From NCBI RefSeq assembly GCF_009914755.1, contig NC_060926.1: a stretch of DNA of 64,000 bases; one strand, written 5' to 3'. The DNA is from the human T2T-CHM13v2.0 reference genome, Homo sapiens. The translations under genes were made by a program, and so were the position numbers. Positions 30,325 to 48,351 of the stretch are shown in pieces. How positions within the stretch are numbered: the stretch's first letter is position 1; every line of letters starts with the position of its first letter. A model generated the notes under the pieces. That model worked only from the letters and a program-made list of their open reading frames with translations. It had not been told where the DNA came from and ran no database searches.

Positions 30325-30549
<225 letters not shown>

Positions 30550-31320
30550 TCAGACACTCCTCCTCTGCTGCTCCTTCCTGCCCCACCCCTGTCCTCCATT
30601 CTCCCTTTCTGTCCCTCCCCAGCCCTCTCCCACAAGCCTGTTCACCCTGGGTGCCAGGCCTCTGCCCTCTGTACCAGGCTTGCCAGGCTGGTGCCGCCAT
30701 TGCCGTGTGCCTGCAGGGGTGGGCGCTGTGGGAGCTGGGGTGACTGGCTGAGTCCTGTTCTTTCCCCTGAAGCCCTGGATCCTGCTGCTCTGAACAAAGC
30801 AACTCCCTCAGAAGCTCTGGGAGCTGGGCCTTTATTTTGTTTTTGTTTTTAAAGCACTTCTTGTTTAATAAGGGTTAGGCTTAGCCAGTTGAATTAAAGA
30901 CAACAACAACAACAAGGAAAAAACCGGCTTCGCTCAGCTGCCACCCTTTTCCCGAATAGAGAAAAATGCAAACAGCTTGGCCCAGCGCAGGCCCCGCATT
31001 TGGCTGGAACAGAGATTCTCAGCTGCCAAGTGACACAGCTAAGAGGGGCTTTGCATGGGGAGAGGACCCCCACAGGAGCCTGAGTGGGATTTGGGAGTGC
31101 CTTGGGAGTGCAGAATGGAGGGTGGCCCTGAGCATGGAGCAAGCTTTGGCTAGCAGGGGACCTGCCCAGGAAACCACACTGGCCGTCTGCTGGCAGGACA
31201 GCCTGAGGCTTCCCAGAGTGGGAATTAGAGGCTGACTGCCTGGTTTCAAGTCCTGACTCTCTGGCTTATTAGTTCACCCCTCTGAATCTTTGCTTCCTTC
31301 CTTATAAAATGGAAGTAATA

Positions 31321-31628
<308 letters not shown>

Positions 31629-33001
31629 GGAAGTAATAATAGTACCCAGCTCATCAGGCACTCATAGGTATCAATACTGGGTGAAGCATGGAAGACCCTT
31701 GGCATACTATTGTATTAATAGCATAAGTGCCCCATAGGTGGGTAGTGACACTATGGAGCTGCATTGTTGAATGAACAGGAAGTCACACTAGGAAAGGACT
31801 CTAGGGACCACACTATCCTACTACAGGGACTATGAGGCCTTGGTCAGAGCTCTCAATCAGTTGCCTCAGGGCCAGGACAGGACCCTAGTTCCCCACATGC
31901 ACAGGCAAGAAGGCCCTTCTCTCTGCTCGCGACAGCACATTCTTGCCTGATCTGTGAGCTTTATTGCACAATGTGCTCAGCTCTGTGAGGTCAGGCTTAC
32001 ATGGGATGCCAAACCAGTGGAGAATATGTTTGCATTTGGATCTGAACAAGATCGAGGTGGGTGGTAGGAGTCGTGGGTAAGTGGGGTGGGAGCTAAGACC
32101 AGCACACAGCTATGGTTGTCAGACAGGAAGGAACCCAACTCACTGTGCCATGGAGCCAATCTCATCTGTGTTGGCCTCCGGCCCCATCACAGGTCCCTAC
32201 AGGAGTTCAGGGCCCAGGGCCCACTGGGTATCTGATCCAGGAGACTGAGTAAGGGCGGCAGAGCGTGCATGCCTGGGCAGTCCAGGCCAGGTGAAGACTG
32301 AAAACACCACATTGAGGGGAGAAAGTCTGGAGCCTTCTCAAATGCACACAGTGCCCCAACATCCTGAGACCTAGAGGCTGGTAGCTCTGCTGGGGGATTT
32401 GGCACAGAAATAACAGTTGAAGCTCAGTAATTGAGCTTCCTGGGTAAGCCTCCAAGGGCTGTTCCCAATCCCCAGGTCCCCAAGATCAGGAGATATAAAC
32501 ATCATCCATTTTTCTAAAAAGGGGGCTTCTGCCTCGCACGGAGTGACTGGAAGGGCAGGCTGGTTCAGCTTGCAGGCCTGCCTCAGCTGCAAGACATCAT
32601 GGGTGTGGTTGTGTCCCTGCATGTCCGTGCTTGGGGAAACAGCCCGTTCTGAGCAGCCTCTGGCTTCCTGGCACTGGCTTGTTGCATGATCTTGGGGAAA
32701 TCATGCCTAGTCCCTGGTGGTGTTTCCCCATATGCAGGATGGCAGAAAAAAATGCTTGCCATTCACAGGGTGGCAAAGGCTTGATATGCTTACAGCAGGT
32801 GCACTTCTGCTCCCAGATGCCAACTTTATACCTGGGGGCAGGGGTGCTGGGGAATGAGCACTTTCCCATCACATGCTCACAGTGTGGGAAGGCTTACAGC
32901 TGTGTGGTGTCATAAGAGGCGGGGGAATGGTTGCGAGTCATTATACAACCTTCCACGTGACCTTGGGAAGCGTCCTGTTTATGAACCCTCCCCTCTCTCT
33001 C

Positions 33002-33301
<300 letters not shown>

Positions 33302-34369
33302 GTCCTCTCTCTTTCAAGCCACTGTTACCTCCCTGCCGCCCCTGCCCCAAGTATTGAGATTCAGGACACAAAACAACCTTTTAGGCTGCCCTATTCTGAG
33401 GAGAAGGCTGAGAGAAGGGCATCATTTTCTTCTTGAACAATTTTATGTTACTTTATTATTGCTCCTGCTGTTTTAAAATATTAGTGTTTTTAATTAATGC
33501 CATTTTATTGTCCCTGTTCTCTCAAGCTCTTCTGCTGAAGGGCACAGTTCTAGAAATCTAATAACTGAATAAGTGGCGGGAGTGAGGAATAATGCATTAA
33601 CATTTATAGAGGTTCTCAGATGAAAACCACTGTACTGTAGGAAGCTCATTTTAGATTTAAGAAAAGAGCAATGTTACATTAAGATTCTTGCAAAAATAAT
33701 CAATATTTCATTTCTTTCAAGTGGCTGGGGAAGTTTATCTAACTGTAATAATGCACAACTTTCCCAAGATAATATCTTTATTTTACATTGACTGCCGAGT
33801 ACTTTGTAAAAAATTACCATTTGTGCCTGGACAGATTGTGAAGTCTGCAAAACGTATCACTCTGGCAGAAATTAACTGCTGATTTACACAATTGTGGGCT
33901 ATGCAAAGATAGCAAGGACCGATGTTAGTTGAGCTTTGTCTGATCTTGATAGACACATTAATAAGAGTTCTTCTCTAATAGACCTCAGACATTTTTTTTT
34001 TGTTTCTATGCCAGGTTGGGAAAAGGCACATTTCCCCGTGTATTCTGTAAAATAACCACTTGAGCATACGAGTTCTTCTTTCAGTGTCCAGTAATGGCTA
34101 CACTTTGACTCACGCCCCATTGCGGCTGCATGCCTGGGCCTGTCTGCACGGCTGGACCAATGACATGCACGTCCATTGCCCTGATGAGAAAGGCACACTT
34201 GGAACTCAGCCTGCCCGGGGGAGAGGTAGCAGCCCCACCCCTGGATTCTGGTACTCAGCACTCATGAAGACTCTTGTTCTCACTCTACAAACTTTTGAAG
34301 TTAGAGGAGAAGTGGAGCTAGGTCCTTGGGGATATGGGAAGCCACACATTTATATTCTATGCCTCCAGG

Positions 34370-35380
34370 ACTAGCCATTCTCAAAGTGTAGTCTGGGGGC
34401 CCCTGGTTATTCCTGAGACACTTATAGGGGGCCCACGATGTCAAAACTATTTTCATCATAATACTAAGATGTCACTTCTCTTTCTCACTCATTCTTTTGT
34501 GAATGCAGGGTGGAGAGCCCCGCGTCTACATGAGGTGTGAGATCCCAACAGGTTGACAATGGAAGCAGAGCTGAGAATCCGGTCATCTTATATTAAGCCA
34601 GATGCTAAAAAGGTTTGAAAAAATGTAAGACAGTGCTACTCTTCCCCCTAAATTTTTTGTTGTTGTAGAAGATACTCTTTTCATAAAGACACATGCATGC
34701 AAATGTTCATTGCAGCACTATTCACAATAGCAAAGATATGGAGTCAACCCAAATGCCCATCAATGACAGATTGGATAAAGAAAATGTAATGCATATATAT
34801 ACCATGGAGTGCTATGCAGCCATAATAAAGAACAAGATCATGTCTTTTGCAGGCACATGGATGGAGCTAGAGGCCATTAATTATCCTTAGCAAACTAACC
34901 AAATACTGCATGTTCTTACTTATAAGTGGGAGCTAAATGATGAGAACTCATGGGCACAAAGAGGGGAACAGTAGACACTGGGGCCTCCTTGAGGGTGGAA
35001 GGTGGGAGGAGGGAGAGAGCAGAAAAAATAACTATTGTGTATTATTAGTACCTGGGTGATGAAACTATCTGTACAATAAACCCCTTGTGACACAAGTTTA
35101 CCTACATCACAAACCTGCACATGTACCCATGAACCTAAAATAAAAGCTTTAAAAAAAGTGGACACAAGAAAATACACACTTTTTATAAGAGTATATTATT
35201 TGTGTTAACGTATTTTTTAAAAAAATAATAAATATTTTACATATTTCTCAGTTTTAACTTCCAATACAGTAAACATTGATAGATATAGCCTCCACACGCA
35301 AAGGCTCTTTTGGGCTCTTAATAACTTTAAAGGGTTTAAAGCCATCCTGGGACCAAATAGCTTGAGAACCTCCCAACTAG
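34370..35380. mobile_element. hAT-Charlie non-autonomous element (MER119-like) interrupted by an L1 3' end
   Basis: Ends ttctcaaagtgtagtc and gaccaaatagcttgagaacc form degenerate inverted termini. Confidence 0.55.
34685..35157 (+). mobile_element. Older L1PA/L1PB 3' end
   Basis: aaagacacatgca...atgttcattgcagcactattcacaatagc...gaacctaaaataaaag. Confidence 0.88.
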
Positions 35381-35546
35381 ATGCTGGTCTCCTGCGGGGA
35401 ACCAGAAACATGGGGAGCCAGGCTGCTGGTTTGAGACACGGCACCAGTGAGCCAGCCACAGGGGCAAGCCTTTTCATCTCAGTTTCCCCAGCTGTAAAAC
35501 ATGGGGTGTGTGGGGTTGAACTAACTTGAGTGTTTTGAACTTTACT

Positions 35547-35787
35547 ATTTTATTTTTTTGAGATATATATATATATATTTTTAAGTTCTGGGATACATGT
35601 GCAGAACGTGCAGGTTTGTTACATAGATATATTTGTTTCATGGTGGTTTCCTGCACCTATCAACCCATCATCCAGGTTTTAAGCCCCGCATGCATTAGGT
35701 ATTTGTCCTAAGGCTCTCCCTCCCCTTGTTCCCTACCCTCCAACAGGCCCCGGTGTGTGCCCTTCCTGTGTCCATGTGTTCTCATTT
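35547..35787 (-). mobile_element. L1PA 3'-terminal fragment, sense to PCARE
   Basis: Reverse L1PA 3' UTR (gggatacatgtgcagaacgtgcagg...); flanks share ttgaactt. Confidence 0.9.
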
Positions 35788-36051
35788 GAACTTGATTTTT
35801 TTTAATACAGCAGGGCCTCTTTTCAATTAAAATCTTTCCTAGGCAGCTGGAATGTGTAACAGATAAGAGCACAGTAACTCAAGGTTGGAGAGTGGGGGAG
35901 CTGGAACTGCCCCCTACACCTTTTTCCCAACTGCCTCTTCTCTTGGAGCACAGTTTGAAAACTACTGAGACCCAGAAGATCTTTTGGCCCATTCGCTCTG
36001 TTCCTCTCTAGTCCAAGCCGCTGAAGGGCAGTGACCCCGGGACACTCCTTA

Positions 36052-39735
<3,684 letters not shown>

Positions 39736-39752
39736 TCATCTTCCACCCACCT

Positions 39753-39848
39753 TCACAATTTTCCAAGAATCATATTTGAAATAGGAACAAAAGGCAATCT
39801 TACTAGTCCATCCAGGCAATTTTCAGGCCAGAATTCTTTGAAGTCCAT
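39753..39848 (-). other. Upstream ORF (31 aa) 5' of the PCARE start codon
   Basis: ACC-ATG-G at 39848 reads MDFKEFWPENCLDGLVRLPFVPISNMILGKL*, with TGA at 39755-39753. Functional only if the TSS lies upstream of 39848. Confidence 0.55.
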
Positions 39849-39979
39849 GGTACAATATCCTAAACTTGGAACCAGCTTTCTTTATTTTCTTGGTCCAAAT
39901 GTGAAGAGGGAGTGGTACCTGTCGTCCTGTTGTTGTTCTAAGTTTGGAACCCTCTGCTGTTAGTGAGCAGCGGGACAAT

Positions 39980-40300
39980 TCTGAAGGCTCCCAGCCTGGT
40001 GGATTACGGGCCTGTGTTTTGCTCGCGTCCTGACAGATGTGGATAGCAAGTGCAGCTTAAGCCTATTAGGTTAATCATGCCCTAGCCAGTCAGCACTCAC
40101 AGTGTGTTCTAATATAGAACTTCTCAGCATTTACTATCTTGGGAAGCGGATTATTTTTGCACGTGCTCATGCTTTTAATTCTGTTCAGACGCCTGCCATA
40201 TGAAACCTAGAGAAATGAGCCATAATTGCAAAGGCTCTGGAAGAGATGCATTTGTGGAAGAGAAGAGAGGGCTCGTTGATTACAGGCCCTGGAAGAGAAG
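39980..40300 (-). promoter_or_regulatory. PCARE: PCARE proximal promoter with photoreceptor transcription-factor motifs
   Basis: CRX/OTX2 K50 sites: GGATTA 40001-40006 and 40148-40153, TAAGCC 40058-40063, TAATCA 40072-40077, TGATTA 40277-40282. Maf/NRL half-sites TGCTGA on the - strand at 40095-40090 and 40129-40124 (the latter with an AT-rich flank). E-boxes CAGATG 40034-40039 and CACGTG 40160-40165. No CpG island. Confidence 0.7.
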
Positions 40301-41046
40301 TGACCTTCACGGTTTAATAAGGGCAAACCAGCCAAGTGTGCTCCAATCTGTTGTTATCAAGAAGCCCCCAAAACACACAATAGATAATAATTGAAGTAAT
40401 GCATTATTGTTTGTGTGGCTTATAAAAACCCCGGGACTCTAGTATAGAGAATGTCTCTAAATAAGATAGTGAATGAAGAAGGCAGGTTGCTTTTCCTTTG
40501 CATTAGAAAATTGAGTTAGGTAGCAGGAAAGCTATCCCCCCCAGTTTGGATGGGGACAGCAGGAAAAGTCACTGCCATGTAAAGCTCAAGGCTGGTCACT
40601 ACGCTCAGGAAGGCAATGCTTTCATGGGAAGAGGCTTCTTATTCAAACTTCTTCATAGGAAAACAAGCTAAAAACTGGGCAGTGGAGAGCCATTTCATTA
40701 TTAAGAGGAGAACTCAAGGGGAAGCCCATTTTTCTGCTCAAACTGAGCATGGGGCTCCTGCCTGTGGCTAAGGGTAGCAGCTGCCCATTTAAAACCTCCT
40801 TTTAAACTTTATTTGCTGTCAGTAAAATCTAGAACAACAGCTTGGCCTAGAAAGACTGGAGTTTGAATCCTGAGTCTTTCTCCTGTTAGTTGAGGAAACT
40901 TCTGATAGTTTTTAAGCTTTCCTGAGGCAGAGCTCATCTTTGAAATGAGGACCACGGTACTTACCTCACAGAGCCATTGTGAGGATTGTCAATTAATACT
41001 TGGTAAGTGCTTGACCCAAGGTAGGTACTCAAAAACATGCAGTTTC

Positions 41047-41349
41047 AGCCAGGTGTGGTGACTCAACGCCTATAAATCTCGGCACTTTGGAAGGTTGAGG
41101 CAGGCTTATCATTTGAGCTCAGGAGTTTGAGACCAGCCTGAGCAACATGGTGAGGCTGTCTCTACTAAAAATACAAAAAATTAGCTGGGGATGTTGGCAC
41201 CCACCTGTAATCCCAGCTACTCCGGAGGCTGAGGTGGGAGAATCACCTGAGCCTAGGAAGTTGAGACTGCAGTGAGCTGTAATAGTGCTATTGCAAGCTG
41301 GCCTGGACTTTGGAAGTGAGACCCTGTCTTCAAAAAAAAAAAAAAAAAA
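41047..41349 (+). mobile_element. AluJ
   Basis: Diverged dimer with an A18 tail, next to a MIR (40845-41040). Confidence 0.9.
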
Positions 41350-42429
41350 GTTTCTTACTCCTTTCCCCCTGGAAGCTAGGGCACTTATAATAATGAAAGT
41401 CATAAGAATTTCATTGGTTTGCGTTGGTTTATTCCTGAATGGTCTGGAAATAATTGCCTATGATGCACTTAGAGCCCTCTGAATCTGGTGTTCTTTTTGC
41501 CCCCCACCCCCACCCTGTGCTCAATCCACTGCTGCCTCAGGATTTTTCTAAGGCCTCATTGTTTAATTTCTCGGCTCTCAAACACAATGATTCCCACTGT
41601 CTGCAGGAGGGAGAGGGGCTTTTATTTAACCATTTCCTATTTTTGGGCATCTAGGTTGTTGCCAATTTCGAAATTTTCCAAATAGAAAAACATTGCATTG
41701 AGCATCTCTGAGCATCCCCCTGAAGTTGCTGAGATTGGAGTTGCTATTCTGGCTTTCCAGTCTTCATTTTTTCCCACTTCATACAACCAACGAAAACAAC
41801 ACCATGGGTGTCAGGATGTCTCCAAAACAGGCAGGACTTAGAGCTGCCTCTTGTACTAGCTGGAGACTGGCCACTGGGGCTGTGTGCAGCGCCTGCTGCC
41901 TATCACAGCCCGATGCCCCAGAGTGCATCATTAATAAACTTCCCTGATCTGTTTATTTGAAGCAGAACTCAGGCGAGACACAAAGCCGAATCAGTGCCTG
42001 CAGGCGAGCTGCGTTAGGCATCAAGACGTTGCTTCATTTGTCACAGTGCTGAGCTGGCCCAGTAAACAAGGGTGCCACGTGGGAAGGCTTTCTTTTCCCT
42101 TCGGGTCATCCATTTAACAGAGTGAAAAACTCATCTGGAGGATGCTTTATGTAAATTCTTCTTCTCTTGGGATTTGGGCCCCTGCTTGACTCATCTTTGT
42201 GAAAAACTTTTATCTAAGTGACTAAAATTATTTCCAAACCAATGATCAAAATCAAAGTGTTTGCCTGGAGGATTTGCTGTCAGATAGCTCTGTACCTTAC
42301 ACATGAGTTTCCTTGACTATTCCAAGTAATTTAGGAAGCTCTTTATTCATTGCTGTTCATTTTTCATTAAGACCAACTTTTGTCTTTCTTTATTTTAAAT
42401 TGGATTTGCTTCAAATGAAAAAAATTATT

Positions 42430-43000
42430 TTGAGTGGGCATATAAAAGTACAACTATTTTGGAAAACTGTTATTTAAAAATATACCCTGTGACCCGTCAA
42501 TTCCACTCCTAAGAATTTACCCAAGAATATTGAACATAAAGGTCTGCAAAGAGACTGCTATAAGAAAATTTATAGTTCTACTCATAATCGCCTCAAATTG
42601 GAAACAACCCAAATGTTTATCAATAGGGAAATAGATAAATTTGATATAATTGTACAATGGAATACTACCTAGCAATGAAAGGAACAAACTAATGAAACGT
42701 AACAACAGCATAAATTTTAAAATCATTATGATGAGTGAAAGAAGCTAGACATTAAATAGTGCAAGGTGAAACATTCCATTTTTATGGAGTTCGGGAACAG
42801 GCAAGTAATCCATAGTTATATTAAATAAGTAGAAAAGTGGTGAATCTCTAGGAAGAGCTATCAACTGGTTGTGGACATGAAGGAATTTTTTTTAGGGTAT
42901 TGGAAATGTTCCACATCTTGACCTAGGTGGTAGTTATATGGGTATATACTATATAGGCAAAAATTCCTTGAGTTGTACAATGAAGTTGCACACTCTATGT
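42430..43000 (+). mobile_element. Ancient L1M (MC/ME-type) 3' fragment
   Basis: caattccactcctaag..tttacccaag; tggaaacaacccaaatgt; tggaaatgttc...atcttgac motifs. Confidence 0.75.
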
Positions 43001-43124
43001 TGCACTTGCGTGTACACACACACACAGACACACACACATCTAACTAAAATGCGGTATTGTATGCTTTGCTTGGCGCCTAAGAGGGTCCTAGCTATAATGC
43101 TCTAGGTCTTGGAAAAGGGTCCCT

Positions 43125-43580
43125 CTATTAGTTGTCTGTTTTTGTATAACTACTCCAAAAATAAGGAGCTTGAGATAACATCTCACAGTTTGTGTGGGTC
43201 AGGAATTTGGGGGCAACTCAAAAGGATCTCTCATGAGTTTGCAGTCAAGATGTCAGCCAGGATTGCAGTCATCTGAAGGCTTGACTGGGGTTGGATGATT
43301 CTCTTCAAGATAGCTCATCTACATGGCTGTGATAGCTCACTCACATGAAGGCCTCCATTCCTTGCTGGCTGTTTGCAGGAGGCCTCAGTTACATGTCACA
43401 TGGACCCCTCTGTAGGGCTGCTCGAGTGTTCTTACAACAGAACAGCTGGCTTCCCCCAGAGCAAGTTCTAATCCCAAAGGTCACCTTCACTTCCTCCATA
43501 TTCTATTCTGTAGAAGCTGGTCACTGTGTAGAGTCTACATTCAAGGAGAGAAAAATTAGGCTCCACCTTCAAAAGGTCAC
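43125..43580 (-). mobile_element. MLT1-family MaLR LTR (another MLT1 remnant at ~44545-44890)
   Basis: tctcacagtttgtgtgggtcaggaatttggg...tgcagtcatctgaaggcttgactggg motifs. Confidence 0.7.
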
Positions 43581-45295
43581 TTGAAAAAAAAAGATCAGGC
43601 CATATCATAGCTCAAACCAATGCATCTAGTGTAACTATACTAAACATTAGTTTATAAGGTACTAGTCTTTCCCCTTTAGCATGTTAAATAAATTCCATGC
43701 CATTTTGTTTGATGTGGCCCTGAACTAATTGATCAGCAAAAGATGGTTCTAGTGTGACATCAGTTTTGAGCCAAGACTGAAAGTCATTTAAACAATCTAA
43801 GAAATGTTTTACCCCTCAAAGTCTATCAGCCTCACCAAAGGGGCTCTCCTGTACCTTAAAAGCCAAGAAAAATTTCCCACTAGTCAAGGCCTACCTAGGA
43901 CATACCTGGTCCTCCATATCTGAAGGAGTGCTTTTTGCAACACAGTTCCTTGGTCTGGATGTGAGATGAACAGGTAACAGAGAGATAAGCACGCATCTAT
44001 TGTGGTGAGCTGGTGGGGAAGGAGGCCATGTTTGTGTCCCACGCACTTCATTAGGCACTCACTTTACATTTATCTTTTCAGAAGCTGGCCTTCCTTGCTT
44101 TGCTTTGGAGGATCATTAAAAGAACCATTCTGGCTACTGTTATATACCTTAGAGCAATCCATCCAGAGTTGCTCGTGGGATACACAATTCTATCAGAAAC
44201 CAACATGTGATATCCAGGTGTCTGCCCTAAGTAGCTTTTGATTTGGTGATGATAGTAGAAACACCTGCCTGTTTTTCTTGAATCTTAGTGTGCATGGCGT
44301 ATGGTCTGGATCAGTCATCACACAGGTACATTGTACCTCTGGAGGTTGACTCTTTAAACCTTTAAGATGCCTCTAAGTATCCTCCAAAGCAAATTTCATG
44401 TACACAAGGTAGTGTATGTTTAGAATCAAAGTATCCTAAATGTACCACAAGCTTGAAAAACATTTATCTAGTTTTTTTGTATGATAGAAAGTGTTTTATT
44501 GAAATAGATTCAATTCTTACATATAAATTAGAGTTTTTTTTTTTAAAGGGTAGGCTAACTTTTGTAACTAACAATCCCCAAATATCAGTGACTTGGCACA
44601 GTAAGAGTTATTATTGTTTATACAATGCCAGTGTAGGTGTTGGGACATTCTCTTAAACAGCCCTACTCCACATGGTGACTCAGGGATTTAAGCCCTTCCA
44701 TCTTGGAACATGAACATCTTCAATACATGACTTACAGGGCGGAAAGGGAAGAGAGTATGGGGAAGGTAGGTCAGATCCTTGACTGTCTTTGCATGGAGTT
44801 GACACCCATCATTTCTGCTTACATTCTGATGGGCAGGACTTATCACATGGCCCTACTTAGATGCAAAAAGGGCTGGGAAATGTAGTCCACAGGCCCTTTC
44901 TTCATTCCTACCTTTTCTTCTACTCCCCAAGCCTGTGAAATATCCTCAGATCTTTGCCTTTGTCCCCTAGGTATGAGTCTCTCCACCTGTAACAGAGGAT
45001 TGTCCCTGTCCTCTGGAACTTAGCTCTGGTGTGAAGACAAGATAGCTTGGGGAAAGAAATGCTAGGCTTTGAGTCAGAACACAGCACACAGGGAAGGAAT
45101 TAATTGAGAATTCTTCCCAAACTGTAAGACCACTGCTCAGCCATGTTATCAGAAGAACCTACGGGAAAACTGTGTCAATGTCCTTATGAACTGTGGGATG
45201 GTTTGCTAATTCCCTGTAGGGAAATAAGAGCAGACTCGAATTTCTTGACTTTTGACTGGTTGTTTATTTGTGTATTTACTTTTACATGTATGTAC

Positions 45296-46837
45296 TGTCA
45301 TGGGATCCTTAGGGTGTTGCTTTGCCAGCTGGAAACCTCTGTGGCTAGCAGTGCCTCTGTTTCAGTTTTGCTCATGCCTGCTGGGCTCCTTCTGCTCACT
45401 TGGCCCATCAGGTTGCGCGTGGTTCCTGCTTTCAGCCCAGATCCCATACCTGCCAGGGTGTGTGAGTGAGCAAGTGCAGGGTCCAGCCACTGCACACAGC
45501 CAGGTGTGCCGGCTGTGGTGGGGCAGGCAGCTCCAGGCGCCCGCACAGGTGCCGGCTCTGTGCAAGGCTGCAGCTGGACCAGACGTACTGCAAGCAGCTT
45601 CTGCTGTGGGCACCAGCATGTGGACAAGGGGAAAGCAATAACACCAGAAAGGTCAGATACCAGGAACCACAAAGCCCCAAAGAGGGAGTTACAGCATGTC
45701 ATAGCCATGACTTGGGGATCCCTGAGGTCTGGGCTCCCAGAAGGGCTGCAGCTCTTCTCTCCTTCTCGTCACTCACAATGTGGTGAGTGGGGGGCATGTT
45801 TCAGGCCTGTTTGTGTTACAGCTCTTTCAGTCCCACCATTCAGCTGGTCCTGAGTTCTTGTCCCATGTCCAGGAAGAATGAGGCACGTGGATAACTGGAG
45901 AGTGAGCAAGATAGTAAGGAGCTTCATTGAATGACAGAATAGCTCTGAGGAGACCCGAAGTGAGTAGCTCGTTTCCACAGGCAGGCCATGCTGATGAGTG
46001 TCCAGGTCTCAGTGGAGAGGAGACCCATAGTGGGCAGCTCCTTTCCACAGGCAGGTCATCCTGACCAGTATGCAAGTGTGGCTGAATCCAGGGATTTTAT
46101 GGGCTCAGAAGGGAGGAACTGTGTGATGATTGGTCCATGGGTGGCCATGGGTGTGCCTGGAAAAAGCACCATAAAGTTTCGCTCTGGGTCGTGGACACCA
46201 CCTGGGACTGAAAGCCTGGCCCCCAGGCTTCAGGCTGTCCCTGGTTTGAAAGTGGGGCTTCACTGGGGACCCACCCCTTCCCTCCTAGGAACCTGTCTGA
46301 CTCCTGCCACCATCAACATGCCCTCCATGGCACCCAGGCTGTTCACACCAAGGGGCACCTGCAGGCTTGCGTTAAGCCTCCCTCAGCCCTCCTGGCCTCC
46401 CTTCCTGAGCTCGTTGGTGCTCAAAGTTTCAGAAGGTGCCAAGGCAGTGGAGGATGTCTGGCATGTCAGTGCTGCCCTGAGCGTGTACACACCTAGCCGG
46501 GCCATGACAGCACCCAGGCTCAGGCTCTGAAATTGGAGTGGGTGCCAGGAGTTGGGAGAGGCCAGGGAGTAGGAGCAGGCACTTCCAAGCCTGTGGGAGC
46601 TTGGGGCTAGCCATGCCCCTGAGAGTACAGGGATGCCCGGGTCTGGAGCTGTGTTGATGTGGCTGCTGCTGCACTGGGGAGTGAGGTGCTCTTGACCAGC
46701 CAACTCGGTAGGGGGCGGGACTCCCACCTATTACTGCCCTCCTCTGGCTCGGTGGAACGCATAGCCCCAGCTTCACCTTCCCCACTGCAGCTGGCATCCC
46801 CACAGCAGCTGCTCCAAATAGGCCACCGCCACCATCA
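45296..46837 (-). mobile_element. MER52-family solo LTR (ERV1), 1542 bp
   Basis: TG...CA termini, GC-rich; the reverse strand begins tgatggtggcggtggcc; perfect 4-bp TSD gtac at 45292-45295 and 46838-46841. Confidence 0.88.
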
Positions 46838-47874
46838 GTACCCTGGGCTTTGGAAAGATAGTGGCTGCTACTTGTACAAACTTCTCAAAATAGACTCTTC
46901 ACTCTAGTTATTGCTTATGAATTTGTGAGTAGACATTTGTGTGTGTGGCAAATTTGAGGAAAGACATTGGGTCATATGAATTCATCATAGTGGGACATAA
47001 GTCAGAACTGAGTTTCACAATTTCCCAGGGTTATGCAACAAGAGTCAGACTAGCTCAGAGTCTTTGAAATATTGTAGACAACTCAAATATTGTGTGCATT
47101 TTTCTCAGAAAAAGTTACAGTATTTAAATTTTTATTGTATTATAACTTCGTCTAAAGTCTGCTCTTAGACTGAAGAGCAGATAGCAGATTCAGTTCCCCT
47201 TTACATTTATCCATAAGGATGGTTTGTCTGTGCTGAACGGGGGAATGGGACATCAACCACTGCTTATAACCCTGCTTATAACTTTTTAATGTTATTGCTG
47301 GGAAATTTCATTCCTGCTTGCTCATGACTTAAAAAAAAATTCTATTTATACATTTAGAATTACCATGACAAAAATAGGCCCCCTCCCCTAAAAAAAACCC
47401 ATAAGTATTCATAATAATATTTAAAGGAGATAAATTACCCAAGACTGACTCTGAAGAATAACCCAGGGAGGTGATGATTAAAATACTTCGGCCTTGTGAA
47501 AGGAGCATATCTTTGGACCAGATTAATATCCTTTTGGCATTTATGCAGAACAGGGAGTTGATCTCTGTAGATTCTAATTTACAACAATGTCAACATTTAA
47601 AATAGACTACTAATAAAGACACCAAGAACAAACATGCCTCTAACCTGAGGTACATCAAATAACCCTTCTTTGGTGTTTTGACATTAAATGCGAATAAATA
47701 GAAAAAGGGAACCAATATTATGAACACATTTAAACTATGTTTAATAATAATTGTATGAGCAGCTCACATCATTAGCTTTTTTTTTTACTTTGTGCTGTTA
47801 GTGAGGTATAACTGACACATGTATTTAAAATATACAGTTTGATGAGTTTACACACACACATGCATCCATGAAAC

Positions 47875-48190
47875 TTTTGCAGGACTTTTCCTTAGTTCAG
47901 TTAAAGACGGGGTTCTTTGTCCTATGGCCTTGAAAATTCAGGCTTGCAGACCATTGAGTAAGATGGGGTTTTATTGGGTAAAAAGAGAGAAAGGGGGGAA
48001 ACAGACTCTCGCTAGACCAGAGTCCCTGCTAGAGCACTTCCCACCCACCGTTCGAATCCCAGGTTCCATACAGGAAGAGGAGGGACAGGGCTCCTCCCCG
48101 CTGCAAAGGGCATGAACTTCCCGAGGCTCCACCTCAGTGGGTAGGCTGGTTGGAGTTTCTCCAGGGACCCCCACCCACCTGGCTGTCTCA
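47875..48190 (-). mobile_element. MER61-like solo LTR (ERV1) inserted in an old L1M
   Basis: The reverse strand begins tgagacagccaggtggg; TSD aaac at 47871-47874 and 48191-48194; the L1 phrase catgaaac|catcaccacag is rejoined when the LTR is removed. Confidence 0.8.
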
Positions 48191-48351
48191 AAACCATCAC
48201 CACAGTCAAGATAATAAACATATCCAACAGTCCCAAAAGTTTCCTCATGGCCCTTTGTAATCCCTCCCTATATACCCCTTCTCATCCACCTAGGCAATTG
48301 TTGATCATCTTTCTGTCACTATGGACTAGCTGGCATTGTTTGGGATTTAAA

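Noticed and set aside
45143-46907. Dense cluster of overlapping 80-180 aa ORFs
   Set aside because: They lie in the GC-rich MER52 LTR; no gag/pol/env similarity is visible.
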